Below, piece after piece: positions 60,764 through 63,842 of a DNA stretch of 63,842 nt (position 1 is the stretch's first letter; each line of letters begins with the position of its first letter). Under the pieces are notes generated by a model. That model searched no databases. It saw only the letters and a program-made list of their open reading frames with translations, and was not told the DNA's origin. The translations under genes and the position numbers were made by a program. Source of the DNA: a bacterium (GTDB lineage Bacteria; Patescibacteriota; Minisyncoccia; UBA6257; GWB1-50-10); NCBI GenBank assembly GCA_027310365.1, contig DAIDAY010000002.1, forward strand, positions 1-63,842, written 5' to 3'.

Positions 60764-61315
60764 TTATCGTCGGTTCGTTTTGCAGACCGCCGGATGCTGA
60801 ATTTGTTTTGCCGTGAGGTGAAGGGAAACGGCGAGTAAGACCACCGCCAAGATGCCGAATTCCCCGCCGCCGAGCGGCAGAAAAGCCAAGATGCCGGACG
60901 CGCCCGCGAGCGAGAAAATGCTCGTTAAGAAGAGCGATCCGCAAGCGGCGCAACCCATGCCCGAAACGCCGCTCGTTATGCCGAAAAAACCGATGCCGAA
61001 TCTCGCCCGCTCGATCCCGTCAATCCTGCGTCGCAAGAAGTAGAAAATCATGGCGACATTCATCCCGAACAGAATTGCCGTAGCAACGGTGTATGAGGCG
61101 GAAAGCAGGGTAAAATTCGTCGCGATTGATCCGATAAGATTCAATGGCAGTTCAAGTTTATCCGAAAAAGACATCCTGGGATGGCCCATGATGCGGATGA
61201 TGAGCGGAATGTTGGGGAGCCACGTGGCAAACACAAAAACCACCGTGCTTATGCCAAGGGCAAGAATGACGTATGTGGGTTTTCGGAAAACCTTTTGTAC
61301 GGCTTGAGGCGCCAT
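60764..61315 (-). CDS. 4-TM membrane protein with an intramembrane CAAC motif (unknown family)
   Basis: The ATG at 61315 gives MAPQAVQKV.... ILFGMNVAMIFYFL and GVSGMGCAACGSLFLTS, plus a C-terminal Cys after TM4. Confidence 0.65.
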   Translation of the reverse strand: MAPQAVQKVFRKPTYVILALGISTVVFVFATWLPNIPLIIRIMGHPRMSFSDKLELPLNLIGSIATNFTLLSASYTVATAILFGMNVAMIFYFLRRRIDGIERARFGIGFFGITSGVSGMGCAACGSLFLTSIFSLAGASGILAFLPLGGGEFGILAVVLLAVSLHLTAKQIQHPAVCKTNRR

Positions 61316-61316
61316 A

Positions 61317-62078
61317 TCATCCGCCCTGCAGGGCAAGTTCGATTAATTGTTTTATCGCGGCGTAAGGCTGTGCGCCGGCCAGCAACTGTTTGCCGATGAT
61401 AAACGACGGCGTGCCGGTCACGCCGAACGATTCGCCTTCCGCCCGGTCGGCATCCATTCCCTGCTGGTACCGATCTCCTTTGCTCTGCACAAGCGCCAAG
61501 ACTCTCGCGGCATCGCTTGCGCCGATGGCCTGCGTCGTGAAGCTCATAATGGCATCCTGCGTTGCCCAGCCGGTATTTTCTATGCCCTGATTATTGTAGA
61601 TCGCCCTGTGCCAAGCGTAGAATTTATCCGGCGCCGCTTCCCAGACGGCGCGGCCGAATCGGCCGAGCGTTTGAGAATCCGGCCCCAAGAACTGAAAATC
61701 CTTATAGACGAGCTTGATTTTCCCGGTCTTGACGTATTCTTCGTAAAGCTGGGGCATGGACTGCGTCTCGAACCTCCGACAGAAGGGGCATTGGTAGTCG
61801 AGCCAATAGGCCACCGCAAGCGGCGCGTTTGGGTTTCCGATGAAAGGCTGGCCTTCGATTTTCACCTTCGAGATGTCCGCGGTTTGCGCTGCCGGTTGCT
61901 GCGGTTGCGCTCCCGCATTACCGCTGGCGATCCCGGGGGCGGAGTTGTTTTTACCAACGGAGTAAATCACCGATCCGCTGATCAAAACGCCGGCGACAAG
62001 TATGGAAATCGGAAGCATCCAACTGCCGCCGCTCGGCCTTCCATTTTGCAATTTTTCCTCGTAGTTTTGATTTTTCAT
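61317..62078 (-). CDS. DsbA-family thiol:disulfide oxidoreductase, membrane-anchored
   Basis: The ATG at 62078 gives MKNQNYEE.... A signal anchor, then the YQCPFCRRFE active site. Confidence 0.85.
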   Translation of the reverse strand: MKNQNYEEKLQNGRPSGGSWMLPISILVAGVLISGSVIYSVGKNNSAPGIASGNAGAQPQQPAAQTADISKVKIEGQPFIGNPNAPLAVAYWLDYQCPFCRRFETQSMPQLYEEYVKTGKIKLVYKDFQFLGPDSQTLGRFGRAVWEAAPDKFYAWHRAIYNNQGIENTGWATQDAIMSFTTQAIGASDAARVLALVQSKGDRYQQGMDADRAEGESFGVTGTPSFIIGKQLLAGAQPYAAIKQLIELALQGG

Positions 62079-62168
62079 GAATGAAAATGACGTGCATGCA
62101 CAAACAAAATGCCAGCGCTTGCACGATCCGCGCCGCCGATGCAACTCGATGACTGCGCGAATCGCCCG

Positions 62169-62615
62169 CTAGCGGGCGGCGCCGGAGTCGTAGATTCGGG
62201 AATGTAAAATTCCTCGAGAGAATACCAGCCTCACATGGTCGAAAAGCGCCGCTTCGGGATGTTCCCGCGCATAGAGATGCAGGTCGGCCAGTTCCCGATC
62301 GTCGGCGTCCCGCCGGAACGGAAAATGCGCAAGAGCGAACATCAGCATGAAACCCAGCGCAAGCGACGTGAAAACATCGCGCGCTTCCCGCGGCGTCGCC
62401 AGCAGATTGTCTTTCCATGAGCCGATGTATTTTGAAATCGTCGTAGTGCAGCATTTCTGTTGACCGGTGGCGTTGAGCGCCGCTGCGTTGACGCTCGTGC
62501 TGTGCATCGGCGCGTGGCCGGCAAACCCCGCGCAGGCGAATCCAAAAACAAGAACACCGAGAACGATAAAAACTATGGGAAATTTTATCAATTTTTGGAT
62601 ACCTGCGAGAGCCAT
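62169..62615 (-). CDS. small Cys-bearing 2-TM membrane protein (paralog of 33522..34037)
   Basis: TM1, QQKCCTTT, TM2, then FRRDADD...VFSRGILHSRIY. It is the first gene of the right-hand operon. Confidence 0.5.
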   Translation of the reverse strand: MALAGIQKLIKFPIVFIVLGVLVFGFACAGFAGHAPMHSTSVNAAALNATGQQKCCTTTISKYIGSWKDNLLATPREARDVFTSLALGFMLMFALAHFPFRRDADDRELADLHLYAREHPEAALFDHVRLVFSRGILHSRIYDSGAAR

Positions 62616-62670
62616 AACTACATTATAGAAAACATTAACTGCGTTTTACAATGAGTTCGCCCGTAAAAAC

Positions 62671-62703
62671 GGGGTTATCCACAGCAACGTCGTGGATGAC
62701 CCC
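62671..62703. terminator. bidirectional hairpin at the right edge of the metal/thiol block
   Basis: GGGGTTATCCAC-AGCAACGTC-GTGGATGACCCC (12-bp stem, one G-U position). The plus strand continues TTTCTTTGTTT; the minus strand continues GTTTTTAC. Confidence 0.6.
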
Positions 62704-62789
62704 TTTCTTTGTTTCCAAAACAGCAAAGTAAAGTTATACACTTGATTTATCACACATTATCGTATTTGAGTCCCCAGATATTAGGACGA

Positions 62790-62867
62790 CTTAAGTCATG
62801 GGTGATTATTACCTCGACTGGCGCCTCAACTCGTATCGAGGGAGCAAAAATGACCGATGAGGAGATC
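62790..62867 (+). pseudogene. short fragment resembling a Fic-family N-terminal motif
   Basis: LKSWVIITSTGASTRIEGAKMTDEEI resembles the SSxIEG motif region of Fic_N. No Fic core follows. Confidence 0.3.
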
Positions 62868-63842
62868 GCGCTACCGGCAAATACGGTTACGATTCATTGG
62901 CGGCGGAATTGTCCAAGCGCGGCTTCAAAAGTAAGTATGGCAATCTAGTGAGGCGAACCTCGGTAGAGCATATCCTCATGAACCCGATTTATTACGGTCT
63001 GGTCAAAACCCGATCGGCGACATGTCAGGCAAGTTTCCCGACGCCCATCAGCAAAAAGCTCTTTGGACGATGTTCAGAAGATCATCCAACAGCATAATCA
63101 TTCTGCTGATCGAAGTCGCAAGCATGTGTATCCAATGGCCGGCTTTATGCGCTGTGCCGTTTGTGGCTCAACGTTGTGCGGTCAGGTGCAAAAGGGTCAC
63201 CTATATTACGCATGCACCCATTGGAACGATCGTAACTGCACCGAACGAAAATATATGCGCTGGGAGACTGTTGAGGAACAGGTAGCGAAGCATCTTTCCC
63301 ATGTCTATCTGCCGGATCGCTTCAAGAAAGTCTTGGATGCTTACTTCCAGCACTTCGCCAAGGAACGCTTGGATCAGGAAGAGAAGGAACGCAACAGTCT
63401 TAAACGCGAGCTCGTCCGGGTGCAACAGCAAATCCGCAACATTGTGGTGGACCGGTCAAAGAGAATTATTGATGCCGAGATGTTTATAAAGATTCAGGAC
63501 GAGCTTTTGAAAGAGAAGGAAATGTATCGGGAACGTCTGTCCATCCTTGAGGGCAAGTCGGATAAGTTCGTGCAAAAATTTAACGAGATTCTGGACTTCA
63601 CGGATCACGCTGACACACTGTTCCAAAAGAGCGGCATGTACCAGAAGCGGACGATTATGAAGCTGTGCTTCGAGGGCTTTACCGTACAAAATCAAAAACT
63701 GACGCCGATCTGGACGCCAGTCTTTGATATTCTCATGGACTTACAAGTTGCCAACTTCGATCCTCCGAAACCCCCAAAAGGAGGTAGCAAGGGCTCAAAA
63801 ACCCTTGCGATTCCATCGGTTCAAAGTTGCCAATCTGGCGGA
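62868..63842 (+). pseudogene. large serine recombinase remnant: catalytic domain missing, recombinase domain frameshifted, zinc-ribbon/coiled-coil part intact to the window edge
   Basis: YGNLVRRTSVEHILMNPIYYGLVK (frame 2), GKFPDAHQQ (frame 1) and DDVQKIIQQ...FMRCAVCGSTLCGQVQKGHLYYACTHW... (frame 0, open from about 63060 to 63842). There is no room upstream for a resolvase domain. Confidence 0.7.

Noticed and set aside
62675-62683. Perfect DnaA-box 9-mers (TTATCCACA at 62675-62683; its complement TGTGGATAA at 21662-21670) and near-matches inside the 36-bp palindrome (209-217, 243-251, 924-932), which could suggest a replication origin.
   Set aside because: About 0.5 perfect 9-mers are expected by chance on two strands of 64 kb. 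The hits are scattered rather than clustered. There is no dnaA/dnaN neighbourhood and no AT-rich unwinding element.
1-63842. Alternative genetic code (UGA recoding, as in some candidate phyla).
   Set aside because: Conserved genes end at TGA, TAA and TAG at the expected lengths, and none of the well-recognised proteins needs an in-frame stop.

Overview
This is a compact 63.8-kb bacterial window with the standard genetic code. Genes are tightly packed and often overlap by 4 bp. All calls come from motifs read in the translations and the DNA; no searches were run.

The left half (1-28.4 kb) is mostly housekeeping: tsaD, recO, GlyRS, MetRS, LeuRS, TatD, an M16 peptidase, HtrA, Dus, a processive GT2 and an AI-2E transporter. 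Small accessory cassettes are interspersed. The short RecO and MetRS and the many small membrane proteins fit a reduced-genome monoderm (CPR/Patescibacteria-like). That placement is inference only.

The most notable points on the left are:
- a LeuRS carrying a roughly 150-aa Nudix-box insertion;
- a 36-bp perfect palindrome that recurs twice;
- a visibly AT-rich islet holding an XRE-Panacea(DUF4065)/RelE-like toxin-antitoxin pair, a zinc-ribbon ORF and a PD-(D/E)xK-like ORF.

Four tRNA genes (Ser-CGA, Arg-CCT, Val-GAC, Glu-TTC) at 28.5-30.6 kb separate this part from a roughly 32-kb block that is almost entirely minus-strand (30.9-62.6 kb). That block is dominated by copper and thiol-redox functions:
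- two P1B ATPases, CopZ, a cupredoxin and a CsoR/RcnR-family repressor;
- three C/G-tract operators embedded in TTGACA promoters;
- CcdA-like proteins, thioredoxin-fold proteins, DsbA, a rhodanese and two DUF3105 paralogs.

The block also holds several uncharacterised families present as paralogs:
- an extracytoplasmic domain with a YRPCCGNS...DCNHG motif;
- a 4-TM family with an intramembrane CxxC;
- small Cys-bearing membrane proteins that head two operons;
- an unannotated 56-aa TRASH-like ORF.

The block ends at a bidirectional terminator followed by a decayed, N-terminally truncated large serine recombinase.
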